DNA from: Camelus ferus
Taxonomy: Eukaryota
Length of the DNA stretch: 64,000 nt
Assembly (NCBI RefSeq): GCF_009834535.1
Contig: NC_045696.1
Span: forward strand, 11,782,001-11,846,000
Direction of reading: 5' to 3'
A program made the position numbers and the translations under genes. The notes beneath the pieces are model-generated. The model did no database searches. It was not told where the DNA came from and saw nothing but the letters and a program-made list of their open reading frames with translations. Shown piece by piece: positions 38,737 to 51,567 of this stretch (position 1 is the stretch's first letter; each line of letters opens with the position of its first letter).

Positions 38737-38866
38737 TTTCTTTTGAGGGGGGTGATGGTGAGGTAATTCGGTTTATTTATTCATTTTTATTAAAGGTGCT
38801 AGAGCTTGAACTCAGGGCCTCCTGCATGCTGAATTTGCACTCTACCACTCGAGCTGTACGCTCCCC
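38737..38866 (-). mobile_element. Diverged vic-1-type tRNA SINE
   Basis: GAGGTAATTCGGTTTATTTATT...TGAACTCAGGGCCTCCTGCATGCT...CACTCTACCACTCGAGCT. Confidence 0.8.
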
Positions 38867-40689
38867 GGCCTCCCCCTAGTATGTCTTTAATTCCAAAGCG
38901 AGCTATTCTGTACCTGGGCTTTGTTGAGGATCACAGGGGCTTGGTGCTAGGCAGCCCAGGACCTAGCCTGCAGATGGATGGGGGAGGAATTTGTACCTGG
39001 ATACTGAGAGTCTCTGGGTAGAAAATAAGGGAAGAGCCTGAGGGTGGTAGTGAGAGGTGGGGGCAGGTCATCCCACAATATAAACAGAGAGACAGAATAG
39101 GAAAGGGGATCTTCATGGAGGGTGGTCCCTTGATGGATGGTTTGTAGCATGTGGTGGGTGCAGGGTTGGGAGCAGAGCACGTCACCGCAGAGAGAGGGAT
39201 GATGGCCACTGACTCTAAGGAAAGTGAAATCTCAAATTGCTGACTGAGATCAGATAAGGTCCAGGCGTTCCCAGTCTGTTTGCTAGTCTGGGCAGCAGGT
39301 AGAGCTGGATAAGCACAGGGCTTGTGCTGCAGCTTAGTCTTTACAAATGTATTTTTATTTACTGTATGTTTGTTGGGAGAACGATCAAGTGCATTTAAAA
39401 GAAGACATTCTCCATATCTACTCTATTTGCTTTTGGGTTTTCTCTGTTCTTTCTTATCTATATTTTCATGCCTTTTTTACACATTTGTAACTCTTGCATA
39501 GATACAGCTTTGTAGTTTGTTTCTTTTCACGTAACATTGCATCATCAATGCCCATGAAGTAGCCACATGGACAAATCTGGAAAGAAGAACCGTACTTACA
39601 CACGGGTGTAAACTTGTAGGTCAGATGAACTGAGGATGACGTTTGTTGTCTGCAGTGAGTGTGGAGATGGATGGAAGTTCTGTTGAGCTGGAAGAACTGG
39701 CAAAATGTCCGGACCATTAAGAAAATGGATTTTGTGATTAGCTTTAAAACTAGGACAACCATCTAGTACTCCTGCAGATCAGAGTTTTAAAGTAACATAT
39801 ATCCCTTGGGTTGGATAGTCTTTGTTTTTGACGTCACATCCCTTCCTTAAATGCCTTTAAGTTCCAAATCAGTAGGGAGACCACATAAGAATTTGTATGG
39901 TATCTGTTTCAAAACATTAAAAAAATTTTTTTTATAAGTCAGTTGATATTAAGCTTTTGTCAACTAAAAAAAACAAACTTGTGATGGTCACATGTTCCAG
40001 TGAGCTGATCATTTACTTAACCATTCTCCTGTAATGTAATTGAATATTTATTGTTTCTTTTTCAGTCACTATTTTAAGATTCTTTTGAAGTTCTTGATAT
40101 ATATTTTGCCTTTCCTCTTTCTTTTAAAACTTGTTTTTTTCAGGATAAATTCTTAATGTGGTATCTATATTAAATACGACATTAAAAAATCTCTTGATGT
40201 GAATCGCCGAATTGCATTAAAAATTCTTGATCAGTTCATATATATGAGTGTATTGGCTTCACCACAGCCTAACCTGCGCTAGGTTTTAATTATTTAATTT
40301 TATTTTGTTACTGTTCATATAATAATAAAGAATGTCCCTTTCTTTGCTTTTCAGGTAGACTGAACTTTTGGGGTTTACTATCTTGAACATTTTTTCAAGC
40401 TTTCAGAAAACCCTGTTATTGGCTGTCTCTTAAATCCTTTACATTCCTTGGAGCAAAATAAGTTAACTAAAACAAGGAGCAACTTTCTTTGGATTTGTCA
40501 TCTGTGAGATGATGAGGTTGAAGCAAGTTGTTCTGAGGGCCTTTCTAAAAGCTTCTCAGGTCCGTGTCTTTGGGTTTATGAACTCAAAGTTTAAAAGGCT
40601 AATGGGAGGCAGCATTAAGCGTTCTGATGTACAGGCTGGTGAAATGATCGTAGGTGACCTGTTGCAGCTGTTTTTGGTTTTTGTTTGTC

Positions 40690-41115
40690 TTTTGTTAATA
40701 TATTTTAGTTTATAAAGCAGTTTGAGTTCCTTGCAAAATTGAGCAGAAAGTTCAGAGAGGTCCCATCTACTCCCTGTCCACACACAAACACAGCCTCCCC
40801 CACGATCAGCAACACCCCCCTCCTTCCGCCCGCCAGAGTGGTACCTTGGTTACAATCTATGCACCTGCACTGACACATCACCACCCAGAGTACATAGTTT
40901 ACATTAGGGCTCACTCTTGGTTATTGTACATTCTCTGTGTTTGGATAAACATACAGTGACATGTATCTACCATTATAGTGCCTTATAGTAGTTCCAGTGC
41001 CCTAAAAATCCTCTGTGCTCTGCCTGTTCATCTCTGTTTTCCCCCAACGCCTGGCAACCATAGATCTTTTTGGCATCTCTGTAGATTTGCCTTTTCCAGT
41101 GTGTCACATAGTTGA
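40690..41115 (-). mobile_element. L1MC-type 3' UTR fragment
   Basis: GCAAAATTGAGCAGAAAGTTCAGAGA...CATAGTTTACATTAGGGCTCACTCTTGG. Confidence 0.8.
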
Positions 41116-41884
41116 ATTGTGCCTGGTTTTGAGGAGGCTGACATCACTGTTCCCTCAAGAGTCTTTCCCCACCATTCCCTGCCCTTCTACTGTGATTGCC
41201 TCTAGCTTGGTATTTTAGAGCTGGAGGGATAGATAAGCCCCTCCCAGTCTAGGAATCTTCTCTGTGACACCTTGGCTGAGGAATGAGTCTTTGCTCAGTT
41301 CTCAAGGTGGAGCCGAGGGATGAACAGAAGACCCAGAGGCAGAGGGTCTGGGTTCCAGTCCTGGTGCTCACTTGGGTTAGCTAAGTCACTGGACCTTTCT
41401 GAGGCTGGCCCTCCCGACCCTCTGGGGAGTGATGATAGAGCAGTGCCTGTTCCCAGGTTGTAGGGGTGACACGAGATAAGTGTGGGCTTTGTTAACACCA
41501 AAGGAGGGTATGAAAGGCAGCTTGAAGAGGCTGACGCTGGACAGCCTGGTCCTTGGTTGAGCAAGTGAATTGTTACAAAGTTGTTCCTTGCAGGGAATAG
41601 AGGTCTTCCTGAAACTTCCTCCCATCGTGCTGACTCTGTCCTGTGGGGGCATCAAGTCAACCCCCTTTGCCCCACAACCACTTGCTGCTGGCTGTCACAC
41701 CTCTGCCCCCCTCATCCCAGCAACTCCTTCCAAGCCAAGCTTCTCCGCTCCTTCATCTGTTCTTTGTATCACACGGATTCTTTCCTTTCTTTTTTTTTCA
41801 GACTCTAATACATTTTAATAGGAAGGTGGCAATTTAACTTAAAAAGCATGAAAACCCTTGCTTTCTTTTTGCAATTCATTTTGC

Positions 41885-42408
41885 TTTTTTAAAAATTGAA
41901 GTATAGTTGGTTTACAATATTGTGTTAGTTACAGGTATGTAGCAAAATGACTCAGTTTTATGTATACATATATTGTGTTCTCAGATCTTTTTCCATTATA
42001 GGTTATTATAAGATGTTGAATATAGTATCCTCTGCTATACAGCAAACCCTTATTGCTTGTCTATTTTATGTATAAGAGTTTGTATTTAGTCCCATATTCC
42101 TACTTTATCTGCCTCCCCCCACTTTGGTAACCATAAGTTTGTTTTCTATGTCTGTGGGTCTGTTCTGTTTTGTGTATAGATTCATTTGTATTATTTTTAA
42201 ATTTCCATATGTAAATGATATCGTATAATATTTGTCTTTCCCTGTCTGACTCACTTCACTAAGTATAATATTCTCTAGGTCCATCCGTGTTTTTCTGCAA
42301 ATGGTAATATTTCATTCTTTTTTTACGGCCGAGTAATATTCCATTATGTATCTATACCACATCTTCTTAAACCAGTTGTCTGTTGATGGGCACTTGGGTT
42401 GTTTCCAT
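41885..42408 (-). mobile_element. L1 3' end
   Basis: AATTGAAGTATAGTTGGTTTACAATATTGTG...GATGGGCACTTGGGTTGTTTCCAT. Confidence 0.92.
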
Positions 42409-42470
42409 CATGTGGATTCTTTAGTTCTATGAGTACCCAATTCAGCATTTCAAATTTTGCTGTAGGGAGG

Positions 42471-42858
42471 TTTTGTGGGCTGAATTCTGTCCCCCCAAAT
42501 TCATATACTGAGGCCCTAATCCCAGAACCTCAGAATGTATTTGGAGATGGGGCCTTTAAAGAAGTGAGTGAGAAAGAGCTCATTAGGGTAGGCTTTGATC
42601 CAATCTGACCGGTGTCCTTATAAGAAGAGGAAATTTGGACACACAGAGGGCCACCAGACAGAGGGAAGGACATGTGAAGACACTGTAAGAAGGCAGCCAT
42701 CTCCAGGCTGGGGAGAGAGGCCTCGGGAGAAAGCCACCCGTCAGCACCTTGATGACAGACTTCCCAGCCTCCAGAGCTGTGGGGAAACACATTTCTGTGG
42801 TTTCAGCCGCCAGTACCAGTCTGTGGTACTTTGTTATGGCTGCCCTAGCAAACCAGGA
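42471..42858 (+). mobile_element. ERVL-MaLR solo LTR (MLT1B-like)
   Basis: GGGCTGAATTCTGTCCCCCCAAATTCATAT...GGTACTTTGTTATGGCTGCCCTAGCAAAC. Confidence 0.88.
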
Positions 42859-44350
42859 TTAAATTCAGTTTTATCTCCCTCTTCCCACCTCTTTTCATCC
42901 TCAGTGTCTTCTTGCAGCCTCTGCTACACTTTTCTTATTGAACTGTTTTGGAGAATTAATGAGACTTGCAGGCAAATGCTGTCCTTCATCTTGTACTTTC
43001 TTCTGGGCAAAGAACGAGGAGTCCCTTTTTCACAAGTACACAATGAATAGTTTTATAAGTGGTGTTCATGACCATGACCATTAGACTGGCTCCCTTTTAT
43101 AGATTCTTGTGCTGGGCCTTTTTCCTACTTTATCCGTCCCCATTAAGAAATCCTTGCAAGGTGGGGATTGTCATCCCATTTGACAGATGAGAAAGTGGGG
43201 AAGCAGGGAGAGTAGATGGCACGAGCAAGGCCATGCAGAGTGGGTTTTGTGGACCCACAGAAGCCACGCTTATCAGCTGATGACAGCGCTTGGGCAGTTA
43301 TGGGGGCTGGGAGAGGCTGATTCCACTCCCCATCCCAGTAGTCACCCCCTTTCAAGGCTGCTGCATTCCCCAGCCCCCTTCTCATTTCATTCCCCTCCTT
43401 GGAGCAGCCCAGGGTGTCCACGTGACCCTGCTCCGCGGAGCAGACTGTTTATTGTGGCTTAACCCGCCCATGCTCGTTTCTCCTGTCGTTTAATGCAATC
43501 CAATAGCTCAGAGCACTCCGTCCGAGGGATTTTATTCAGGCAAGACCATTTAAGAATGGAAGAAATTTCCTGTTGAGCGATTTTATATATGTGGTGTGTG
43601 TGCGCTCGTGAAGGCAGATGGATGTTTAAGTGTGTGTGAGGCGAAGGACGGCAGACTCCGGAAGTCTGGGGACCACTTAGGGCTGTAACCCTCACTCCTG
43701 CACCAGCTGTCCAGCTCCTCCGGGCCTTCTGCCTTTCCCATTTACGGGGCCCTTTTACTGTTATGACACCTGTTTAAATCTGGTGTTTCCATTACGCGGA
43801 GGCATGGTAGGTGGCTGGAGCCGGCAGCCGGGCAGGGACCGTGTGTGCAGCTCTCGAGCTCAGGCAGCCACCCCTCCTCCCTTCAATTCTTGTGCAAAAT
43901 CCATTTTTGGTGTTTTGTTTCAGTGTGAAAACTGTAAAAATATTTTCAGGGACCGCCCCCCCCCAACCTTCTTACTTATAGCTAAAATTTCAGCCTTTGA
44001 TAATGGGGACATCTTTTGAAACAAAGAAAGCACTCATCCAAACATTTTGTAGTCACATTTCTTTTGGGGGAAAAAAAAGATGATTTTTGAAGCATAGTGT
44101 GTGGACGGTGTTCCATGAAATTCCATGACATTAAATTTGCATGGAGACAGCACTCTGTGTCACCTCCCTTAGGATTATTGACATCATCAGGCCAGGAGAG
44201 CTTTGCTGTAGACCGAGCGGCATCATCTCCAGTTAGCAGATAGGAAGCTATTTCCCAACATTTGTGTGTATAAGTGCTTATTTAAAAAAATATCAAAATT
44301 GGAAGGTAACGTACATGAAGCATACATTAAGTGTATAGCTTGATAAATTC

Positions 44351-44444
44351 TTTTTTTTTTTTTTCAAATGGAGATACTGGGGATTGAACCCAGGACCTTG
44401 TGCATGGTAGGCACGTACTCTATCACTGAGCTATACCCTCCCCC
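44351..44444 (-). mobile_element. Short vic-1-type tRNA SINE inside an old L1 3' fragment
   Basis: TSD AGCTTGAT(A/G)AATTCTT at 44337-44352 / 44445-44460. Confidence 0.93.
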
Positions 44445-44829
44445 AGCTTGATGAATTCTTACAAACAACACACCCTTGTAACCAGTGTTCAGATCCGGAA
44501 TCAGAACGTGCTGAAACCTTCCTTGCGCCCCTTCCTGTCAGCACCCGTTAAGAGCAGCCCCAATCCTGATTTCTGACGCCGCAGAATATAATAAAGTATG
44601 CCCGAAGAAGTCTTGCTTTCACTCTATCCCTGTTTACTCCATTTTTTCTTCATCCTCAGATAACTCTTGTTTTTTTTTTGGTGAATTCTTGCAGATTTAT
44701 ATGCTTATGTAAATAAAGCTGTGTTTCTAATTTTTGCACTTTTCTAGAAGACGTCACCCCATCCTCACTGTTCTACACAGTTTAAAAAAAACTTTTTTGA
44801 AATTATTAAAAATTTTTTTTCTAATTTAT

Positions 44830-44962
44830 AATTTTTTTCTTTTTTTAGAGGAAGCAGTTGGGTTCATTCATTTATTTTTTTTAGTGGAGGTACTGGGCAT
44901 TGAACCCGTGACCTCGTGCATGCTAAGCAGGCACTCTACCACTGAGCTATACCTACTCCCCC
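44830..44962 (-). mobile_element. vic-1-type tRNA SINE
   Basis: GGAGGTACTGGGCATTGAACCCGTGACCTCGTGCATGCTAAGCAGGCACTCTACCACTGAGCTATACC. Confidence 0.9.
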
Positions 44963-45035
44963 TGTTTTCTATCTTGCTGTGTCTCTTCCCTCTGTCTCCC
45001 CACTGAATCCGGTTCCCCTGCCATGGCTCAGGCCC

Positions 45036-45434
45036 TGCATATTGGATTGAGTAGTGTCCCCCCAAAGCTCATGTCCACTGGAAACTCAGAATGTGTCCTT
45101 ATTCGGAAACAGGGTCCTCACAGATGTAATTACTTAAGAGAAGGTCATACAGGAGTAGAGCGAGCCCTAACTTCAGTGTTTTCAGATTCAGAGACACAGA
45201 CACAACGGGAGAAGGCTGGGACAGTGGAGGAAATTGGACTGATGTAACGACAAGGTGTGGATTGCCAGGCGCCACCAGAAGCTGGAAGAGACAAAGAAGG
45301 ATCCTTTCCTAAAGCCTCCCAGGGGATCCCTTCACTGTGGACCTCTAACCTCAGAGCTGGGACAATTGGCCTCTATTATGTTAAGCCACCCGGTTTGTAG
45401 TACTTTGTTTTGGAAGCCCTCAGAAACTAATACA
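45036..45434 (+). mobile_element. ERVL-MaLR solo LTR (MLT1C-like)
   Basis: AGTGTCCCCCAAAGCTCATGTCCAC...CCACCAGAAGCTGGAAGAG...AAACTAATACA. Confidence 0.82.
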
Positions 45435-45959
45435 TGCTCCTTGCCCTCTCTCCTGAACGCTTGCCTTCCCCTCCCTACCGTCTCATCTTTACACCCCAAT
45501 GCATTTTCCCCGTGGAGTCAGCCACCCCCTTGATAACCTGTGGGATCATGTCACTCCTGGCTTAGAACCCGTCAGAGTCCCCATTGTCTACTGGATAAAG
45601 TCTAGGCTTCTTGGCCTGGTGTCTGTCCCCTGTGCTGTCCCTTCTACCCCACATCTTGCTCAGCCCAGTCTTGTCCACTCAACCTTGAGGTGGACGCAGA
45701 TTGGCAGCTGCCAGTGAGATGGCTATGTTTGGATTAAAGGGCACTGGGATGACATTGAACTTGATGCATGTAGATGGCTCTTCTGGGCTCCAGTGGTCCA
45801 TCACTGTCCGCATGACTCCCTTCATCAAAAGGTTCTTGCATTTAAATTACTCTCCTGCCTTCCAATGTGGTCCAGGTTTCAGCTTTTGCTGAGAAATTGA
45901 CAAACACAGCTTACTCTTGTGTATGCAGACACTGGGGCCCCTTGGGAAGGGCAGTAACC

Positions 45960-46170
45960 CAGAGTGGGACAGTTTGGTTCACACTGTCTGCTTGGCCACT
46001 TACTAACAGAATGACCTTGAGTAATCTATTATCTTGCTCCATGCCTCAGTTTTCTCATCTGTCAGGTGGGGAGGGTAATAGTACCTGCCTCGTAGGGCTG
46101 TTGTGAGGAGTAGATAAGTTAATTCCTGTAGATGTTTCCACAGGGCCTGGCACCTGGTAAGAGCTCAAGA
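45960..46170 (+). mobile_element. MIR
   Basis: CCACTTACTA...ATGCCTCAGTTTTCTCATCTGT...GTACCTGCCTCGTAGGGCTGTTGTGAGGA. Confidence 0.85.
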
Positions 46171-46874
46171 AGCTCTTTGCTTAGCCGAATGTCTCCCTTT
46201 CTGCTCTAGTCTTGGTTACTTTTTTAACCAACACAGGCACCGTCTTCTCTAGAAAGTCTTCTGGGACCTTCTCTGCTGGCGTAATGACCTGTTGTCTTCT
46301 ATTTACCCATTTGTGTGCCTCCCTGTCGAGGCCCTGAAGTTCTTGAGGGCAGGACCATTCTAGGCCTCCGTCACCCCCATTCCTAGCACTGGGGCTGGCA
46401 CCCTGGTAGGCCTTCAGTTGGGTGCTTGCTCGGGATAAGAAGGAATAATGAGTTGACTGTTCCCCCCCGCCCCTTCCACCCCGCCAAGTGTCACACAGTG
46501 GATTGTGCCAGGGCTGGACCTCAGCCTCTCCTGTCAGCTGAGAACCCTTGTCTGGGGGCTTTTCTGTGCCCACAGGAGGGGTGAGGAATAGCTGAGCTCT
46601 GTGGAGAAATCAAGGTGATGGGAAGGAGGAAAAGATCTGGATAGAGAACCAGCCTGTCTTAACAGTGAAAGGGACTTGCCACCATCCAGAGCTCCAGTGG
46701 GATCTGAGAGACCCGGGCCTTTTGATGCGCGAGCCACGCTCATTCCCAACCCCACAGGGCCTCAATGGGGCCGTCCTCCCACTGTAAAGCTCGAGGTCCA
46801 TACCTTTCATGAATTTTAAGGAATCAGAGCTGAGTTTTTAAAATTGTGCCTTCCTTTCTTTCCTTCCTTCCTTG

Positions 46875-46962
46875 TTACTTTTTGATACAGGTACTGGGGA
46901 TTGAACCCAGGGCCTCGTGCATGCTAAGCCCACACTCTACCACTGAGCTTTACTCTCTGCCC
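46875..46962 (-). mobile_element. vic-1-type tRNA SINE
   Basis: GGTACTGGGGATTGAACCCAGGGCCTCGTGCATGCTAAGC..CACTCTACCACTGAGCT. Confidence 0.88.
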
Positions 46963-47694
46963 TGGGCTCATTTAGATATGCTTCCATTTTAAGGTGATAT
47001 AAAAAAAAAATTGGGTCAACAAGAACTTCCTAGGTCAACTTAGGGCAACAAGGACCCTGAGGAAAGAAAACCTCAAGAATTGCAAATACTCTGACAGCCA
47101 CTGTTCTTTTAGGATTCTTTGGGTGGTGAAGACTCAGTGACGGGCAGGCAGAAATTAAGATTGATGCTTAAGTGATGACTCTGGAAGCTTTGATTTGTCC
47201 TGGAACTTAGAACAGGCTGTTAGCGCAGGGGGCTCAGTTTCCTGTCGTTAGAGACACTTGCTTTCTCAATGCAGGCACTGAGACGCAGTGACTTTTTAAG
47301 GCCTGGCGATCCACAAAAGAAGCCCCACCCCGGCCAGTCTCTTGGGCTTAGAAGTTAATTGTGAGTTTGGACAGGTTTTGTTTCGGCCCCTACTGTGGTT
47401 TCTTGCAGCTAGGAGGTACTCAATAAACATCCTGTATTTTCTATTCTATTGAGGGGTGTTTGTTAGAATTTTGGATCTGAGGCTCAGGACCCTGGAGAGG
47501 TTCTCCTGATTCTAGGCAGCTATTTCTGACAGACCAAAGGGCACTTTTGCCTCTTGAAGGAAGGCTCTATGAAAGAAAAGTTCAGCGTGTCCTGTGATTA
47601 GGCATTTAAGAGATCAAGAATCCTTCATGCTTCAGAAATCCTTTATCTAACCTCATTTCTTCCTGGGCACACATTACAACCAGAGCATCTGTAG

Positions 47695-47987
47695 GTGTAA
47701 TGCCCACTACAGTGGCCACTAGCCACGTGGGGCTACTGAGCCTTTGAGATGTGGCTGGTCTGAATTAGACTGTGCTATAAGCATAAGCTATACCCAAATT
47801 TCAAAACTTAGTGAAAAAGAGAAGCTAAGACACCTCATTAACAATTTTTTTGTATTGATTACATGTTGAAATAATATTGGTGATATACCAGGTTGAATAA
47901 ACTGGGTTACTAATTTAACCTTTTCACTTTTTAAAAAATGCAGCTACTAGAAAACTTAGAGTTATGTTTTTTTATTGGATAGCCCTG
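47695..47987. mobile_element. MER33/MER3-like hAT-Charlie MITE
   Basis: GGCCACTAGCCACGTGGGGCTACTGAGC...TATTGATTACATGTTGAAAT...GCTACTAGAAAA...TTGGATAGCCCTG. Confidence 0.8.
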
Positions 47988-50900
47988 TTCAAGAGACTGG
48001 CTGCTCACTTATCTTCCCAGGATAACCTGCTAGAGTGGGTGGAGTCTCTCTTATTTCAGGAATCTCTTCATTCTGACAGGCCCTCCAAAGCATGTTGGAA
48101 GCCAGAGTGTGGGCAAAATGACACATGGATGGGAGAGTGAGTTACGCACAGTGCATTTTCTTCACCAGCTCCCTGGAAGGACAGAGGAATTTTCTCTGCA
48201 GCAAATTTAATTTAAGCAGATTTCGATGATCAGGTAGACATGATCCCAGCACTTATTATGAGTAATAATAGCACTGCATATTTAATTGCCTGACTTCCTT
48301 TTAAAAGCTTAAGAATAAAGCAGAGTAGTCACAAACCCTAAAATAGTTTAAGACAAATTAATGAAGAGCGTAAGGAGGGGAGGTGCGGCTTTTCATAGTG
48401 AGATCTCGCACGTGGCTTTGCTGTATAAGTGATGGTCCATCAGTGTGGGGCTGTTTGGGTATGGGCATTCAGGACTGTGCCTGGTTTTTGCTGGTCCAGA
48501 GGGCTGTTTCTTCATCATCTCCACTCCTGCTCCGTAGCCAGAATGATTTGTGAGTCCTTGCATCATTAAACTGCTTGTAGAAGAATGAACTTCATGCCTG
48601 TTTGCATGGCTTGCCAGTTTCATATTTATTTCCTTTGCTGTTGGTTGCTGATTTGTTTTCCCTGACAGATGCCAACCAGAGTCCTTGCGATGAGAGATAT
48701 TTTTAATTCCTGTCTGGTTGAACATAAAATGCATGTTCAGTTTGTGTGTGTTAATGGATAGAGTTAGTGGCTCATTAAAAAAAGCGGATTGTGCACTTTG
48801 CTTCTCTCCTGCTCTCTTCCCTCTGGGCCCGTCCTCTTCATTTCTTTCACCACCTCTCTTCCCATTTTCATCCCCCCCCCTTTTTCCTGGTAATATATAG
48901 GTCACGTGAGAAGTCCTAAAAAAATGTGTTCAGCAGGCCTGTCTGCACCACCCTCCTTTTTTTTTTTTTTTGAAACCAATAAAGCCTTGCCTTAACTGAG
49001 TGTCGCTTTATTTTATTTTATTTTACTTTTTATTTGACCACCTTTGCCCTTCCTCCTGCATGGCCTCCTCTCACTCGGGCAGCCCCAGGGCTGGAAGGCC
49101 CTCACGTGGTACCCAGCGGCTGGCTCGCAGCACAGACTTGCCTTGGACAAGGGCCAGACTCAGGGTTGGAGCTGGGCAAACACGCCTGCACCAGGGAGCT
49201 GATTGGAAGGAGGCCCAGGGTGGAGTACCCATGGGCTCAGTGGAAACCTGGTTTTACTTAAGATATTCCAAACAGTGAAGGGGGAGTAAACAGTCTGCTA
49301 ATTAAATCTGGAGGTGGCAGTAAATTTGGAGGTGTTGCAAAGCCTTCTGCACACAGAGGACGTTGGGAAAACACAAAGCGCTGTAGAAAGGTGAGGCAAG
49401 GCTTGGGGAGATGAGATTTTGCCTGGAAAAGTACAAGCCGCCATCTGGAGAGAAATTAGCCATGGTAGCGTGCTCTGTGGGGCGTAAGTCAGTGGTGCTG
49501 GGATTGACTTGGATCCAGAACTGTTCAGTTCTGTTTCTTGTTCCTGATAGTCAGTAGTCATTGTTTATTTTTTTAACCCCTAAATTTATTACTCAGGAGT
49601 AAGCCAGATCCACTGGGTTTGTAAGGCTCAGCCTTAAAGGTGAACTGATTAGAAGTGTGTCCCTCCAAAATCATTTGTCCGTTTGCTCACATTTTCTTCG
49701 GCTCTGGACCCCAAGGGTGGCCAAGGGTCCCAGGATCTTAGAGGTTGGTTCTGGAAACTAGAGATGTGGCCAGCCAGCTGGTGCGGGCAGCTGCCTGCTC
49801 AGTGTGGACCAGGAGGCGCCCTGCTTCTGGGTGTGCGTCCACCAGGAGGGCTCCTGCCGTCGATCTCTGGGGTAGCCTACAGTTTATAGGTTTAGAGCTC
49901 TCCAGCCTTTGTGGCCCTGCTGCCTCTTTGAGCCCCATAATCACACAAAGATGCTTCAGTGCTCTGAGCCCGCTTCCATTTGCCAGTTTGAGAACCTACA
50001 CTCTTATGATGGGAAACAGGATGGCCTCGAGGCTGAAGAGCAGCGATTTTTGGAGTTAGATGTCTGTTCAAGTCTCTGGGCAACCTTGGTCAAGTTGCTT
50101 CATTTCTCAGCCTCAGCTTTGTCTGTAACATGGCTCAGTAAAGCTAAAGAGATCTAGATAGGGAACTCTGCTTGGGAGTGAACTTCAGCTGCATGAACGT
50201 TAACTCTCCCTGAAATAAGTGTAGATCATATTCAGAACCTTTTCACTGTGAGTTCAGAGGGGACCCTCCCAGATGAGGTTGCCCTGGGAGGTGGCATTGA
50301 CACTAGACAAGAACTTGGAGGAAAATGATGGTATCAGCCCCCGCAGAGCTGACCAGGGACAGAGGTTCACGTTTGAGTTTCCCGACGTGGTTGTTTGAAT
50401 GCCGCATTCTCTTCTTGCCTTCTGACATGCTAGAGTAAATAAACATTTGTAGGGGGTTTACAGAAGCAATGATACGTCCTTACTTAAGCAAAGACGGTGA
50501 CTGGTAAATGATGTGACGTTCTTGACCCAGGTGAGAGAAACTGACAGGGGCCACAGAGGGTCGAATCTTCCTGCTGACAGCATCTTGCATTGTCTCCTGT
50601 GGACACTCCCCTGCGGAGGAAGGGGCATGAGAGAGGCTTTCCGTGGAATTGAAGGAGGAAGGATGACTAGGTTGGAGGTGACAGACTTTAAGCTTATAAA
50701 CACACATCTGTGCAGCTGCTTTGCAACGCCTGTCACTCTCTGTATTTGAGGAGGAACTGTTTAGGGGAGAAGAGCATTGCTGGATGGGTGACCTGATTTG
50801 TTTCCTTTGTTTCCTTCTGGCCCAAACTGGGCAGGTAGCCCTGACCCACAAGGTCTTAAACTGCCTGAAAGGAAATCCATTTGCTGATAGAGAAGATACA

Positions 50901-51187
50901 CTTAGAGATAAAGAAGAGAATGTTTTGTTTACTGCTTCCCCTGCTGCTGGGCCCTGGCTTAGTCAGAGTATTAAAGAGCTGGTGACTGGACCACACTCCT
51001 CCTGTGTCTGAAATCTTACCCTTGGAACTCAAACCGGACCATAATTAGAGTGGTTATTGTTTTCTAATTGTTTTATCTGCATTCATTTTTCTCTCCCCAA
51101 TCCAATGGGACTGAATTTTACTCATTGAGGACAGAGTTCATGACTCCCCTTTCCACCACAATTGGACTCAATAAATATCTGGCTGAA

Positions 51188-51567
51188 AGAGAAAGAAAAG
51201 TACCATATGATATCACTTTTATAGGGGATCTTAGAAAAAGACAAATGAACTTATTTACAAAACAGAAACAGACTCACAGACATAGAGAAAAAATTTATGG
51301 TTACCAGGGGGTAGAGGGGGTAGGAAGGGATAAATTGAAAGTTTGAAGTTTGTGGATACTAACTACTACATTATAAAATAGATATACTGTATAGCACAGG
51401 GAACTATGTTCAATATCTCCTGGTAACCTATAATGAAAAAGAATCTGAAAACGAATATATGTATGTATGTGTATGACTGAAACATTATGTTGTACACCAG
51501 AAATCGACACAACATTGCAAACTGGCTGTATTTCAATAAAAAAATGCAAAAAAAACCCCATAAAAAT
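51188..51567 (+). mobile_element. Young L1 3' end with perfect 16-bp TSD
   Basis: AAAACAGAAACAGACTCACAGACATAG...CAATAAAAAAA; TSD TAAATATCTGGCTGAA at 51172-51187 / 51568-51583. Confidence 0.95.

Noticed and set aside
4462..46962. tRNA-Ala-like sequences as tRNA genes
   Set aside because: They are diverged and carry AT-rich tails and TSDs, so they are SINE copies rather than tRNA genes.
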